A DNA stretch of 64,000 bases from Catajapyx aquilonaris (Eukaryota), in contig KZ538615.1 in the NCBI GenBank assembly GCA_000934665.2, forward strand, positions 1 through 64,000. The letters are read 5' to 3'. The position numbers were made by a program, and so were the translations under genes. Positions 17,155 to 55,400 of the stretch are shown here, in pieces; position 1 is the first letter of the stretch, and each line of letters opens with the position of its first letter. Below the pieces are notes generated by a model. That model was not told where the DNA came from. It saw nothing but the letters and a program-made list of their open reading frames with translations, and did not search any database.

Positions 17155-17573
17155 TTTGACATGAATACGTCTTTAAAATCGGATCAGTATTGGGGGGGGG
17201 TGTTTCCAATTGTGATCAGCATAGCCATGGCGGGTGCCCCTGGCAGGGCCCTGAGTGTTACTGGTTACTGGTATTGTACCCAACCTCCGTCACAGGACTG
17301 GGACCCACATGGTGACCCTACCACCCATGCCACCTCGGATATAGTAGACCTTGCGCCCACGCCACATCGGATATAACAGATCTTGCTCACACGCCACCTC
17401 GGATATATTAGACCTTGCTCAAGCGCCCCCGCCATGGGGCCCCGCCCTTTATCATTACTCTAAAGTTTCCCTGCATGCCCCCGCCATGGGCCCCTGGCGG
17501 GCCCCCCTGGCAGGGCCCTGACTGTAACGCTTTTTCATTACTGATCCGATTTTAAAGATGTACTCACGTCAAA
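17155..17573. mobile_element. MITE-like inverted-repeat element with internal repeats
   Basis: ~35-bp imperfect inverted arms TTTGACATGAATACGTCTTTAAAATCGGATCAGTA / TACTGATCCGATTTTAAAGATGTACTCACGTCAAA; three internal GCCAC(C/A)TCGGATATA units. Confidence 0.7.
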
Positions 17574-18758
17574 TTTTTTTCACCTGGGCGTGCCTCGTAA
17601 TATTACATGTGCTGCAAGAGTTTTGATAAGCGATAGCATTTGTGCAGTTTTGGTGCTAATTGACGTGGCTCTTTCTGAAATGGACAGTAGCAATTTTTCT
17701 TCTTCTTTATTCACTGTTGTGACATTTCGCAAATACTTTCTTGGGCAACTAAGTGAGGGCCTCCTTTTCTACAAAAAGGACACACCAGTCTTGTATCTTG
17801 GTATCGACTAATGTAACCCTCATTCAATCGTCCAATGACAAGCAAAATGCTACTGTCAGTTGCATGCAAGAAGTCATGTCTCAACAAATGTATAAACAAA
17901 ATTCAATTGTGTGCGTTTTCTTGCAACAGGTACTTAGCTTAAATAATCAGTAGGAATCAATATTAGGACAAATGCCATCAACTTACTTGCACTATTAATC
18001 ATGATAGTTTTGTACAAGCACACCCAATGTACTATTGTACCTCAGTGGACAAAAAGATGGATTCAGACTGGGTCAGGAGCTTTGTTCACTGTAAAACCAC
18101 AAATCTCGACTCCAGAGCTCATGCATAGTGTAGACTGTAAAGCACCTCATTGTATATCAAGATTTTGAAGTTTGCTACTGGATCAGAAACAGAACGGAAA
18201 GTCCAGTGAATCCATCTGGCCCAGTTCATCTCCATTTTCGACCATCATAATGTCATTATTTTTGCTTCTTGTAACAATCTGACACCCTTCCAAATTTACG
18301 GGGCCAGACATTCCGATTTTTGATACAAAATTCACCCTCTAAATGCAAGCTTCACCTGATTGTCCCATCCATAGACTTTAACCATTCTAGATGCTGATGA
18401 CTGATTCATGCAGATCCTGCAACCATTTTTGCAAATATGTTTGAGGTCATTACAACTACTGTAAATGGGTAGAATTTACTTGGCAGTGTGCCAGAGAGTT
18501 AGGGAACAGCATAAAACCCTTCCTTGTGGGATTGGTGGGATCATCTTTCATTCCATAGCAAAGATCTGGTATTGGAACCAATGTGGTGAGGAGTAGGTAC
18601 CCTTCTAGAATCTTAAATATCCAGTCAGGCATCACCAAACACATATTCCATTAACAAAATATGCATTGTCTTGTTAAAATCACTTTTATATACCGCTATA
18701 TACAACATACAGCATATAAAAAGGTCTGTTGATACTCAACCACAGAAGTTCATCAGGT

Positions 18759-20345
18759 TCAGCTGGCCATCAACACATCTCCATCTTCATCTTGCCCACC
18801 AATGGACATCCTGTGTGGCACTGGATTGGCTGCTCCAGAGTTGGGCCTTGAGTGGGTCCCTGCCACAGCCCCTTTTCCCTCCACAAGCAGGCCTGTCAAC
18901 AGAAACCCACCTGACCCACTCATGCTGATGTGTGGATGAGTCCTGTCGGGAAGAACCTGGTAGTTTCGCAGCCACGTCTCAGTCAGCCTCATGTTGATCA
19001 CACCCCCACGCTCCTTCAGGCTGCAGTAGCAACGTACCAATGGCTCCTGGTGAGGGCAGAATGCAGCAAATGGACGGGACATCCCCAGGAATGGCAGCAG
19101 GAGCTGTATTACTCCCAAGGGGTCCTCCCTTCCAGCTATGACAATTGCATCTAGTCCAGCACTACATTCACTCAACAGTTGCAGACTTGCCTGGCTCTCT
19201 GCCCACAGCGTCTGCAGCAGTTTGGGACGCTTTGCAGGAACATCAGGACTGTCTTCTGCTTTTCGCTTACGATCTGGAAGTGCCTCCTCTGGACCATTTG
19301 AGGGAAGCGATGCTTCCTTTTTGTCAGCTATACTACGTAGGAGGTGACTGACATTGAGTGAGTGAAGGCTTTGGAGTTCTGAAGTACTAAAGTTCATGGC
19401 AAGCACAGCCTGTCTCTGTGGTATGTTTCCGGGGTGAACGTGTATGGCAAATCCGGTCCCACGTAATCGCTCCAAAATGGCAGCTGTAACCAGGCCCTGA
19501 CATCCCGTCTCATACACAAGATAGTGTCCACCAGATCGCACATTGCAGTAAGCAAGCAATTGCGAGAGGGTGTCTGGTCGCAGATTCATTATTTTGTTGG
19601 GGTTTCGGTTGTACAATATCTGCGACACCAAACGAAGAGTGGGCTTTTGGACAGTGACATACTCGAGGTACTTGCGCTGCTTCTTCTTCAGGTACTTTTC
19701 CTGGGAATACTCTGTCTTCTCGTGGAAGGTGCGGCTGTTCTGGACTAACTGGCCCACTATATCTTTTCCAGACAGGCCCTTCTCTTGCAGCTGGACTATC
19801 TCCTCCCCCGACAACTTCTGGGAGTGGCCATCATCTACTATGTTGCGGTTGTCTCTCCCACTCTGACCAGTCACCAGGAATTCTTGTGTGACGTCAACCG
19901 GCCTCTCCACCTCTTTCAGAGAAAAGCAGCGCTGCCTCTTCCCACCTTCGGCCACCAAGCGATACTGGCTGAAGAAGGGTCGCCCCACCACTGCTCCCAG
20001 CCACACTTGGTCCTTCTTCAGAGACACTGGACTAAAGCATTAAAAGTTGCACATAAGACAGCACTTGTAACATCAGCGTAAACAGACTGGCTAAACTTAG
20101 GTGTAGGTGACTAACTTTTTCCCGTTGGCGTTGAGCTTGTGCAGCCACATGCTGGTCCCCTTCTTGATGACGATGTAGTCCCCGTCTCTGATGGTGTCCG
20201 ACTCGCTCAACTCGTCCTCCAGGGCAGATGTGTTTCTGTCCATGCCTGTCATCACAGCCGCCGGTGCGTCCGCCCCGCTTGAGCCCGACGCTTCTCCTCC
20301 TCCCACTGGCTGCCCTGCCGGCATCTTCTCTTCAACAGTGTCCAT
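18759..20345 (-). CDS. TRMT6: tRNA (adenine-58-N1)-methyltransferase non-catalytic subunit (Gcd10/TRM6); exons 20345-20116 and 20031-18759; 500 aa
   Basis: Diagnostic motifs DNRNIVDDGHSQKLSGEEI, F..KTEYSQEKYLKKK.RKY and L.ETWLRNYQVLPDRTHP..SMSGSGG. An 84-nt GT-AG intron (phase 2) joins the frames. Confidence 0.95.
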
Positions 20346-20776
20346 CTCTCACGGTCTCTCTCACCAAGTGCAGCACACCTTGCTGCACACACACCACCTT
20401 TTGCTTCAGGCCTAGCGATCAGCGAGGGATCACCTCACGGCTACTTTTGGAAGCCGCTTTCTCTCAGTGCATTTCCCGCTCTACTAACAGCCACTTCATT
20501 GAACGCGCTTTGGTCTCTCCCAACCCAGCCAGAGGGTGCGTTCCCTACGCCGCTTTCGCCCCGCGTTGTTCAAACCGGTTCAAACTACGGCCACAGTGAA
20601 ACCTACTCCTGACATTGGCAACATTACTGGACCCCACTGGGATAGTGCTTTCACACCTACACACATACAGTTATTACCTGGCTGCTTGAGCATCACATCG
20701 GACCCCAACGTGGTTGAAGCCTGTGCGAGCAACTGGGTAGGAAATAACTATGAAAAGGGCCACGTATTGTTTGAAA

Positions 20777-23700
20777 TTTATTTATGCTGTTTCATTGGCA
20801 TACTGTGAATGACAATGGCTTCTGAACAATTAATACCAGTGCACTCTTATTCTCACAAAACCAAACATGAGGCTTCCTCCCGAGGGGAACAAATCAACAC
20901 TTTGCATTCTTCGTAACATTTTTTTTTCTCTCTCTCTCTCTCTTTTCAACTTTCTCTAAAATCATAAAAAGAACAAAGACCACGAAGAAAAAGGAATACA
21001 ATCAAGTAGAGGAGGTCAAAGTGAACAAACATGTTGGTGATTGGTTGGTGATCGGCTGGCGCTTGGTACGGTAACAATGGGAGTGGGTGAGGGATGGGGG
21101 GTGGAGGCAGAGCAGGCATGCTGTGTTGGAGGCATACAAGCCAATATGTGTGTTGTGGTATAGTGATGGTGGTGATGACATAGGGACTGAACAGGCAGTG
21201 GGGAGGAGTATGGCAATGCACACATGTACGACACAGCGCACACACGCAGGTTATGATCTCGGGAACATTTTAGGGACTGGAGGTTAAGGGAGCACATGTG
21301 CTCCAGGAAAAAAGGCATGGGTGGAATTCAATAACAGAGGTTTTTGTTTCTCCAGCACAAGAGTAGGGGGAGTTGGGGAGGGCACAAAAAGGATGGATGT
21401 CAAGGCCTTCTTTTTTTAATTCCTAAATAACTCACAACATGGAGATTTGACTTTAACACACAAATTGTTCTATTGCTGCTTCTGCCCTTCTCAGGTTATT
21501 TAACACCAACTGTCAACGCAAACAAAGTAAAACCAGTCAACAATGCAAAAAAAGAGGAGAGGAAAAACAACACAGGTAATTGAAAACCACACTGCCTATT
21601 TAAATGGTGGGCGGGTTTGAGGGTGGGGGAGGGTCATCTTGTCTTTATAGCCTTTTTTCTTCACGGGTTTTTTTTTTTTTTCCGGACACAGTAAAAGTTA
21701 CATCTCTTGAGAAGGAATAATTACATCGGTGGAGTTATTTTTTTTATACATAGTTTAGGAGGTAGGTTGTGGGAAAATGCAGGAGGCTAAGATGGAGGGA
21801 GAAAGGGGGAGAGGGGAAAGAGGGGTTACTTTTCTCATTTTCTCCTTTGTTTTTTCACTTTTTTTTCTGAGGGGTTGCCCACTGAGCTTTGCAGTGTGCA
21901 AATTTTGAGGCAAGTAACACAACAAAGAACGAGTGGGATCAGGGTGGGCACGGTGAGGGTCGGGATGGGAGGGGAGAGGGTTAGGTGTTCCGGTGCTGTC
22001 CAGACGAGAGTTAAAATCACTACAGTACCCAAAACTTTCCTCTCAGTGAAACCTGCTTTTCATCTTCTTCTAAAGCTAAGAATAACATTTCCTTAAACAT
22101 CTTTATGGTAACAGTTGTTAGAACCCTGATCTAAGTTCGAATTAAAACAGTTACAGAGGGGAGGTGATGGGTGGTGGGGGTAGCCGTGGGATAGTTGGGC
22201 AGGTAATTAGAGGGGGATGAGAGGTTGGGTGTGTGTGTGTGTTTCGTGTAATTGTGGGTTGGGATAAGGGCATTTCATGGAGGAGGGGGTGAGGAGGATA
22301 AAACTTGGCTAAAACCTATCTCTTTTTTCAAATATTCCCACACAGTCTGAAAAGAGTCCCCCCTTTCCTCTCTTTCTCTCTCTCTCTCTCTCGCTGTCTC
22401 AAATCACACTCGAGGGTTGATGAGAGAGAGGGAGCTCACAGTCGCGTGTTGTCAAAATGTAACATGTCACAGGGGGAGATGCTTGGTGCAGTGATCACAT
22501 GTGTGTATGTGTTTCGCTGGAGTGTGTGTGAGAGTGTACGTGTAGGTGTGATGGTGACAAGGAGAGGGGAGGGATAGCAGTCGATTTTTTAAAAACTACA
22601 CTTTGAAACTATGACACACCAAGTTTCACATGAGAGACAACTAAGAGCGCTTCATTTATTTTACTTTAAAATTATTATCATCATAACCGGTCTGCTGTTA
22701 TTGGTTTTTTTTTAACTTTTCTGCCTGCATGTGTGTGCTCGTCCAGTGAGTGGGCAATAGTATTCGTTAATTACCTAAGCTTCTTCTAATCTGGAGGGCA
22801 TCATCAACCAAGCATCAACCTTATTTTTATTTACTTATTTATTATGTTATTTTCACTGTGTCCTTTTTTTAACCCCCTCCAATGCTCTTTCATTTGGGCA
22901 GAGGGGGACAAGAGGCACATTTAACGCAAGTGATGTGCACGTGTGTCACCTGAGCTGCACAAATGTGCAGTGCACACACATTCATTCAACTTGCTCTCTC
23001 ACTCGTTCGCTCCACTTATGTTCGGCATTGTCATTTCCCCCTGTTGACTTACGATCCTATTTGCCGAGGTGGATCATAAAATTGAGTCTCATTTAAAATC
23101 CTTGCCTTGTCCCTTTTTCTTTGCTCCCTATTTTGGCTGCCTACTAAAACGTGGCTCCAGCAAAGCGCGTTTTTTGGTTCTGCCTTTTTCTCTGGTTTTC
23201 TTTACAACGGCTATGCAACATGAGGCCCCAGCCTGGAATCATATTACTGACTCATTTAGGTAGTTAGGGAGTTGGGGAAACAGGGTGTGTGGGAGAAAGG
23301 ATGTGGAAAGTCAGGATATAAAGGAAGTAAAGGAGAGGAAGGACTTATCATTTGAAATCTACAAACAAAAAAAACATGTTTTCCAAATTAAACATTACTC
23401 TTTATCCCCTGCAGCCTAAACTGAGAAGTCAACAGCTAATCCATGTGTCTTTTTTTCCTCTTCACTTGTTACTACGCATGGTCAGTTGGTTTTGTTTTCT
23501 TTTTTTAAAATTGTGTCAATGGGATGGTTGGGATTTTGTGTCTCCCTCTCTCCCTCTTTTTTTTATAACATTTTTTTTTTTTTTTTTACATCTCCACTCA
23601 TTCTTGCTCACTCATTCTCTCCCCATCACACATTTGCTTGCTCACTCTCACGCTTGCTGCTCGTAAATTAATTTCTGTCTACCTACAATATGTATTTTTT

Positions 23701-23970
23701 TTTGTTTTGTTTTGTGTGTTGTAGTGTATCTCTACTCCAGTACTGCTGTGGCGTCCAGTTCGCACTTTTTCCCTGCCAGGCCCATCTTTTTCCCCTCCAT
23801 TCCCACTTGCAGGTCTCAGTGCACTTGCACATGTACACGTGGCAGCATATTCCATCTTGTTCCTTTTCGCTTCTACCATCAATCTTTTTCTTTTTCGCTT
23901 CTGCATTGCTGATCCAATTCCTGCTGCTAACCTGCCAAACTGCCACCTGCCAACAACTGCTGACTGCTAC
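20777..23970 (-). other. Probable long 3' UTR of the Na,K-ATPase gene, with proximal (22655-22660) and distal (20777-20782) AATAAA
   Basis: Low-complexity A-, U-, AC- and UC-rich tracts with no credible ORF, running from the stop codon to just upstream of TRMT6. Confidence 0.55.
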
Positions 23971-47938
<23,968 letters not shown>

Positions 47939-47962
<24 letters not shown>

Positions 47963-48331
47963 TTTGCAGGCAGTTTAAAATCTGGAAACTGTGAGATTGA
48001 AAAATCCAGTGATGGGAAGCACGGCTGGGGTTTTAGCTCCTCCTCCGAGGCACTGAAGCACTGTGGCTGTCCAAAAACCGTGGTCTGCTCCTCCCTTGTT
48101 TTCACTCACTGCTCCCTGTTGAGCAAAATGGCTGTGGGATGGCTTGGCTGGCTTTACTCTTGGTGGTTTGGCCCGGCACGATGTTAGGAAGCACACACAC
48201 TTACACGCACAGCTAGTTCACTTGCACATCCACCAGGAGGCTTTTAAAATTCACTTTCGTGAGTTGGGTGTCTGGGTGTCCTCAAAACTGGCACTACTAA
48301 CTCTTGACAGGTGACTTGATCAGGAACAGTC
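47939..48331 (-). other. Atpalpha: Probable 5' UTR plus start-codon exon of the Na,K-ATPase (MPE / MPEVNESE)
   Basis: Acceptor cttcattttgcag| at 48332; context CAAAATG at 47962; in-frame donors GAG|gtaaac (after 47954) and GAG|gtatgg (after 47939). Confidence 0.6.
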
Positions 48332-48522
48332 CTGCAAAATGAAGAGTGCACAGTTAATCCCAGGCTATAAAACAAGGGGGCAGTGCCACACAACCAAGCT
48401 TTCCTTCTAACCAATACTACTGGTGCAGCGTTACTTGCTGCTGCAATTACCCCACAATGACAAGAAACTCTATGTCAGAACTAGCCATCATTTACATGGT
48501 ATCTTGCACCTTCACTCAATAT

Positions 48523-48607
48523 ACAGAATCAAAGTGGTCACCAATGTCACACCTTTGGTCACACCATGAATAATTCATGGTGTGACATTGCTGATCACTT
48601 GACCCTG
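48523..48607. repeat. Small palindromic element (possible mini-MITE)
   Basis: Perfect 14-bp arms GTCACACCATGAAT-A-ATTCATGGTGTGAC (48558-48586) inside imperfect outer arms. Confidence 0.7.
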
Positions 48608-48962
48608 CACTTGTCATTACACTCCCATTGCTAAGTGCAGCCATAGGTGCAGCTGACATGCTACACATTCCAGTCATATGTTACGTCCTGCTACACACAA
48701 CTTTGAATATGCGAGCACACTGACTGGAACGGGCTTGAACTCGCCCTTTTATTCGAAGAATCTCGCCAACATTCAAGAACACATAGCAGAACATAACATT
48801 TAAAACCGAGCCCATCCCTAGCAGGTGGAGAGGAGGGTGGGGTGAAGGTCAATCCATATGCACCTGTGCGGTGGTCCTAACCGTTAAAAGCCGTTCGTTA
48901 TGGGGCGTGGTCCGTGTGACGGGTACACCTTAGAAACACCGGAGAAGAACACACGCACTCAC

Positions 48963-49420
48963 GTCTCGCACACGACACACCCGGGCACACACACGCTGTT
49001 CAGCCTCTCTCCGTGGTCGGTCAGCCTCCACCTGACACCACCCGTGCGTATTCGGAGGGCCTGCAACAATCAAGTCAAGTGTGCGTGTGTGCGGGCCACT
49101 ATCCACCCCTCCAGGCGGTGTAGTCCTACCGGTCCCCTTCTGAAATGTTCCACCGTGGGGCGACTCGACCGAGAGACTGCGCCCCAATTCCAACCCGCTC
49201 TATGCAGCCTGCTGATGGCTGGGAACCGCCCCCGCCCCCCCCAATCCCTCCCATCCCTCCCCACAGAACACATCAACCACGTCATCAAGTACGTCATGGC
49301 TCGCCCCCCGCCCCCTCCCCCGACTCGCCGGGTCGCCTCATCCCACTGCGCATGCGTCCAATGGATAAGAAGGGGTGGCGCCCAATGTAACAACCATAAA
49401 CATGGCGACGCCCGCTTCAA
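48963..49420 (-). promoter_or_regulatory. CpG-rich promoter and non-coding first exon of the Na,K-ATPase
   Basis: Donor GAC|gtgagt after 48963. GC boxes (~49229, ~49306), two TGACGT CRE/ATF-like sites (49278-49284, 49290-49296), NRF1-type TGCGCATGCG (49347-49356), CCAAT (49358, 49382) and YY1-like CATGGCG (49401). Confidence 0.65.
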
Positions 49421-52400
49421 AAAAATGTATTATTTGCATACAGCCGAGCAGGTGGATGCGGTGTTCGGGATAAGGACGGATTAGTGCCGGGCGATACGCT
49501 TGCCGAACACAAAACATGGCTTCGCCCCTTTAAATATGCAAAAAATATATATATAATAATAAAATAAAGGCATGTATTTTCAAATCAAAATACAAAATGC
49601 CTCTTCTTCACATAAAAGTGTGCCGCTGACTTAACAGTTTATCCTACGAATTCAGGGCAACCCTTCGTCCTCATGAATGCAGCGGGACAGTCTACTATCA
49701 GGATACTTTTACAACCGGTACTCCTACACAACACGGTTACAGTATTTCCATGCAAATAAACAAAAGCGTGCAGAATAATTTCGACATCTCGCACCAGTCC
49801 CGCATCCTGGCACTTGGCGTTAGAGAAAAGCCATCTCTGCAAAAAATTTAAAAACTAAAGGAAAAAAATATATATCGCGCAGTGTGCCACATGTGAACTA
49901 CGACCACCTAGAACATTTTGGAACTTCCTGGAAAATGCTTTCCAATGGAGCCACTCTCGCTTGTAACATATTGCGCTGGGGAGGTAGATGGCGGAGAGAG
50001 TTCCACATGTTGCGATTTATATAGTTTCCCACAGAAAAGTTTCAGCTCTGCGCTATACTCTAAAGAACACATTACCATGGGCCAAGGCTATGTCACTCTG
50101 GCTATTCAGCGGTCGACTGTCGCGCAGGCATAACTCTCATTTTAACGCAAAAAGTCCCCAGATAAAAGACTTCCCTATTGCTCAAACTTCTCCGAGGGGC
50201 CCTTTGCTGACTCCAAAAGTTTGTAGTAACCGAGCTCGAGAAGTTGAGTCACAGTGTATGCCGGCCGTACTGTTTGCTCGGCATGTGATTACGTTTCAGA
50301 TATAATGTCATTCCCCGGCAAAAGTCTACGAGATAAGCAGGAAACGACGACGAACGACTGTACTTGTACCCCTACAAAGTGTGTCATATGATATAGGCAA
50401 CAATTACGAAACGTACACCCGATCCTGTTCAACAACGTCCAGACGCAGATTAATACTTAGAACGTAAGGTTTTTGCAAGCTTCTGATATGACTCAATGAG
50501 TGTCTCCCGACGTAAACAAGCCCCTCAGACTGCGTATGTTTTAAAATGATTCTGCCGAGCTATGTCAGCCGGTTCAGGCCGGTCCCAAGGCCATACACAA
50601 GAAATTCCACGAAACAATGCACTTTGTTTTTCCTCGAGAGACCTATACACTTCCATTATCCTTCTCCTTCCACCCCCTGGAGAACCAAAAGTAATATAAC
50701 ATCACAATGCTCTGTTTCCATAACACGAGAAATGCACGCAACATGCTTCTGCAGTAAGCACAACATGCAAATGGGAGGGCAAGTTTCTATGCCGTTTGTA
50801 TAGCATTGTTTCTCCAAACGTGGAGTGCAGGGTGACCCAAACCTTGTTACAGGATTACGCCTTGGGCTGCCCCGTACAAGTCTCATAAAGCAAGATGTTC
50901 AACATGATATGGCTATTATCCTGAAATGTTTGCAGCCCTATATATCATCGTATATTGAGTAAGAGATATGAAATCGCATACCATTGCAATTGACAAATAC
51001 TGTCAGTGGGCAGCATGGTGATGTCGTTAACGTACACTATAGAATTTATGTGGAAAGAGTTTTGATGTTCGTGCGGGTGAAGTGTTTCTCGAGATTCCTT
51101 CCCCAATCAAAATTCATTAGGATCCCCTAAGAGGCTACAGATCTGTCATGAGGTAACCAATTGACAAATACCGATACTCTATCAAACAACGGAGACTTCG
51201 TGATGCCTTATCGCTGCCCTAATTTCATTATTACAGCATGATAAGCTTCGAGTTATACCCACTCTCCAGCGGTATCAGTCATGAAACAGTGCACCCACGA
51301 CTGTATAGGCAGAGATTGACCACAATCCGCGCGTAGAAATCACGCACAACGACAGGTGAATGAATGCGAAACGAGCGGAAAAACTTCACACTGAAGCCAC
51401 CACGCCTGTGCCACGTACGGAGAGCGTGGTCGCTGGCCCCCATCTTCTGAGCGGACGTCCGCAGACTATTAATGATGCGGAGGCTCACCACGTCCATTGC
51501 AATGTCCATGTAGCCAGTAGAAATATAATTACGCAATACGTTCAAGACTGAACAACTCAATAAAATCTCAACTATGAGGAACTGATTTACTTTCGACTCA
51601 TAATCGTTACACTCTGCTGGACTCTATTGGCTCATTCAAGTCACCGGACAGTCCACACTGGGGGTCCAGCAGATGGCAGCATCTGAATTGTGACGCCAAT
51701 GCCCGTCACAACCCGCGGACATGATCGATAACGGCCATAAATAATCCCTTTGCTATATACCCGTATTTTCGCAACAACACGCATAAGTTACCTATTGAAC
51801 GTCATCGTCTCACGGGGTGCCTGTGACACTCTGACGATAATTAATGGGCCGGCTGGAATTGAGATGTTCCACGGCACCGCAACACCAGCAGCCGCCTCCG
51901 GGCACGCATTCATTTCCTGGAAGAGTGTTGGCCTTGGTATCGCAGCCGGCGGAGTGGAAATCGCACCGGGAAGAGATGCTGGAGGCGGTGGGGAGAGGGG
52001 GCTGTTAGATTTGCGAACCCCGATTTGCATTCCCACTCGGCAGCGTCTGATCCTGCAATTGGCTCATCTCATTTGCATCGGACCCGCGATGCTCCTGGAA
52101 ATGTGGCCGTCCCATTGCATTTCCCCCTCTGAGTTGGCCACCTCGGTTACCCTCTTCAATCGGCCCCGTCCTTTCGTCTCCTCCGAAGCGCGACAACGAG
52201 TTTATTCCTGATCTAGTCTCTGTAGAGTAGTGCAGTATAAGAAACGAATCCCCCCTCAGGCCACCAGTCGCCATTGCGATTCCGAGCACGTGCAGGCGGC
52301 ACCGATTACGCAGGCGTAGGTCGTCCGTGAAATTGGCGCACAATAGGCCACAGCCTGATTATCTAAGCCCGGTCCCTGAATTTATTCGCCTGCACTCCTA

Positions 52401-55400
52401 GGTAACGTAACTGATGATCAAGTGGGAAGCACGGACTTCTGGTGCAACCCTCCAATATTCCGTCAGCCGATTCTCATTTCACTGCTCTGTCGCTTCATAA
52501 TGTGGACCATATAATTATGTCTCCAGCAGTCAATCATCAAGCACAGTAGCGGTGAAAGTTCCTCTGTTCTAATGAGAGGCACCTGCTAATGGCTGTGCAG
52601 GTGACCTTTGCGTGTTGAGCCTCATGGGCGCCTTCACCCAAGATTAACCAAAGGTCTCCCCCCAACGAATTCCGGCACGCCTCGCTATCGTCTCCATCAA
52701 AAATGGCCCAGAAAACTGTTTCGAAGAAGTGCACGGAGGTCTGGGTCGTAAATGGGCCATGGCTACCTATATCCAAGCAGGGAGGCACTTGCCCCCGTTG
52801 CTTCCCGCGCCTCTTCGGGCAGCAAATATAAATCATTTTGGCGCGGTACGGAAGGAACCTGATCCTTCACCTTCAGCACGCAAAACAGTTTCCGTCGCAT
52901 TATAGCCAGACTATCGGTTCAGAGTCAGCACTTTGGATTCACGCTTTCCTGCCCTTGCATCAACGGTTCAGCAGTACATTCTTTTCATCCGCGTGTGTGC
53001 ACACATCCTTTCATAATGGGTCGGAACAATCCGGCGAATACCAGACAATAGTGGGAATAACAATGCCCCGACTCATTGATTCAGCATATCACATATACGC
53101 ACTGGCAATCAGTCATGAAATATGTAACTGGATAGCTCTCATTAACATTTCTCTAATTGTGACCGTCACCCAGTGCAAAATGTGTGTATGCCCATTCAAT
53201 CAGGGCATAAAGGATACTTCCGAACCGGCTCCCATGTGATTGGAGAGGTACCAGAGATCTCGAATGCTAATCGCATCGTCAACAGTCCTGGCCAAACTGT
53301 TGACGCAGCGTTTAGTAAATACACGCCCACCAGTACTGTGTGCCACACATGTGCCCCAGATCCATCTTAAATTCAGCACGGTACTCACTTGGAAATAATT
53401 CGACGCGTCAATAAAGCCATCAAATTATACTCGTAAAATAGAGATAAACCCCCGACTGCATTTTCCGGCGCCCTCAAGGATATCCGTCTCTGACGGTCAG
53501 CTGCAATTTGCCTCATTATGGCCCTATCACGCCTCTTTTTATCAGCAAGTAAAGGCTTGAAGTGGTCTGCAAGTGTGGTCATGAACATGTGGCGATCCAG
53601 TTACATTTGTCCTAATTGTGCAGTACATAGGTGGGCAGGGAGCTTCATTTCCATTCGCCCCAATTCGGTTTGCCCAAATCGGATTGGATTAAGTCACGCT
53701 ACCGGCGAGCTTGAGCAGCACTGATTCTGTTCAATTATCATAAAAGCAACCTACCTTTATTTTTCTTTTCAAAAATCCAATAATCGTACAAATATTATAC
53801 CTGCCGAATCGAGGTCGACTATATCACGCCACATCTTCCTCATATCCGGACTCATCTCAAGGAAATATAAGCACCTCCCCGTCTTATGAACAAGCCTATT
53901 CCGCCTTCTTATAAGCTCCTATAGCCGTGGCTTCTATACATAGGATGAAATAATCGTGACGAAAAGGTTGGAGGTTGCAATGTATTGATTATTTGCAAAC
54001 GGTGGCGGCACAGGCACATGCAGACTGCTCTCTTGGGCCAAGGTCTCCTCTTCCTATATGAGGAGGCCCTTCCCTAGAGCTCCTCCAGTCCTCCCTGGCT
54101 CTCAGGTACCACTCTAGCGGAACATCCTTCCAAGAAGGTAGTGAATAAAAAGTGAAAGAAAAATACTTCCCAAAAGTCTAGGAAAAGAAGTTTCAGATAA
54201 AGCCAAAAATAGAGTTCCACCTAGACGTTCGGAGATCGATGGCGCCAATTGCTGGTTTCCGACCGCCTCTTCCCGGCATCCTTTCGATAGCATTGGGAGG
54301 CCAACTGTACCGTACACAGAGAAACAATGAACTGCATTCATTTTAAACAAGTTGCAAATGTCACGTATGTGCCAGTCCACCTCTTTTGTCTCCGCATCTA
54401 CCCACCTCCCCATTGTGTACCTTACATGTAGAACCAGTTGCAAGGTTATGGCACGTACTCACGTATATAATAGGCTTGCATTCGGCCAGAAGGTCGTTGC
54501 ACCTATGAATGTACAACCAACGTCAAATGAAGTACACTAAAAAAAACAGGCGTGCCATACACCGTCTCCAAAACATTTCAGTATTCGTGTACATTTCACC
54601 CGCATCCTCTGTGCATATACCGTAAATTCACTTCCTTAACCAACGTGATGAAAGCGATCCACCTTGGAATATGTCGTGCATGTATCCATAAATATAATAA
54701 TTTCCTCCGACAATAGCATTTTTTTACCTCCCCCCCCCCCTGCCTTTTAATTCACGTTACGAAAGAGTTTATAGCGTACTAGCAAAATAACCGTGAGAAT
54801 GTCTGCCTTACTAGGCGCGAATGCTGTGCAAATAAAAGGCAGAAATTATTTCAAAAGCTACCAACGTCCCTCACACACAGGATGCATCCATGCGGCATAA
54901 CTTCCTTATTGTCCACTTTTCGGCCCATAATTCCCAAATAATTCCCAAACCAGCTAACAGAAGCAGACCACGTCTACATTCCCGCCTCGTCTGACCTGAT
55001 GTGACCTGACTTCCTGGGCTCAAGTGAAGTCAACGAGTTGGCGGCACACAAGGAGGGCAGGATATGCCGACCACTCCTGCTGCACACCAACAATAATCAT
55101 CATAATAACGCTAATAAGCTGGTCATCCTGGGATGCAAGGACGACTCAATTCGCGACTCCCTGTCCCTCCCTCCCCTCAGCCATATGTTCCACTTTATTC
55201 TAATTATCACTGCTTGTTTCCCTAACCCCTACATCATGCCACATCCCACTACTTTTCACTACAGACCCTGTCTCATTAAAATTCTTCCAACAGTTTGCGT
55301 CACAGACTCAAAAAATTACTTTTAAAAAGCTTGATAATGTGGTGGCTCAACTATACCTAACACGAACCGGAAACTTGGAATTCTTGTACACAAAACGTCT

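Noticed and set aside
17329..17420. Short spaced direct repeats resembling a CRISPR array
   Set aside because: Eukaryotic context, the spacers resemble each other, and the repeats lie inside an inverted-repeat element.
18787..20599. Plus-strand and alternate-frame ORFs over TRMT6 (and likewise over the IR and ATPase exons)
   Set aside because: Antisense or shadow frames of real coding exons, with no independent support.
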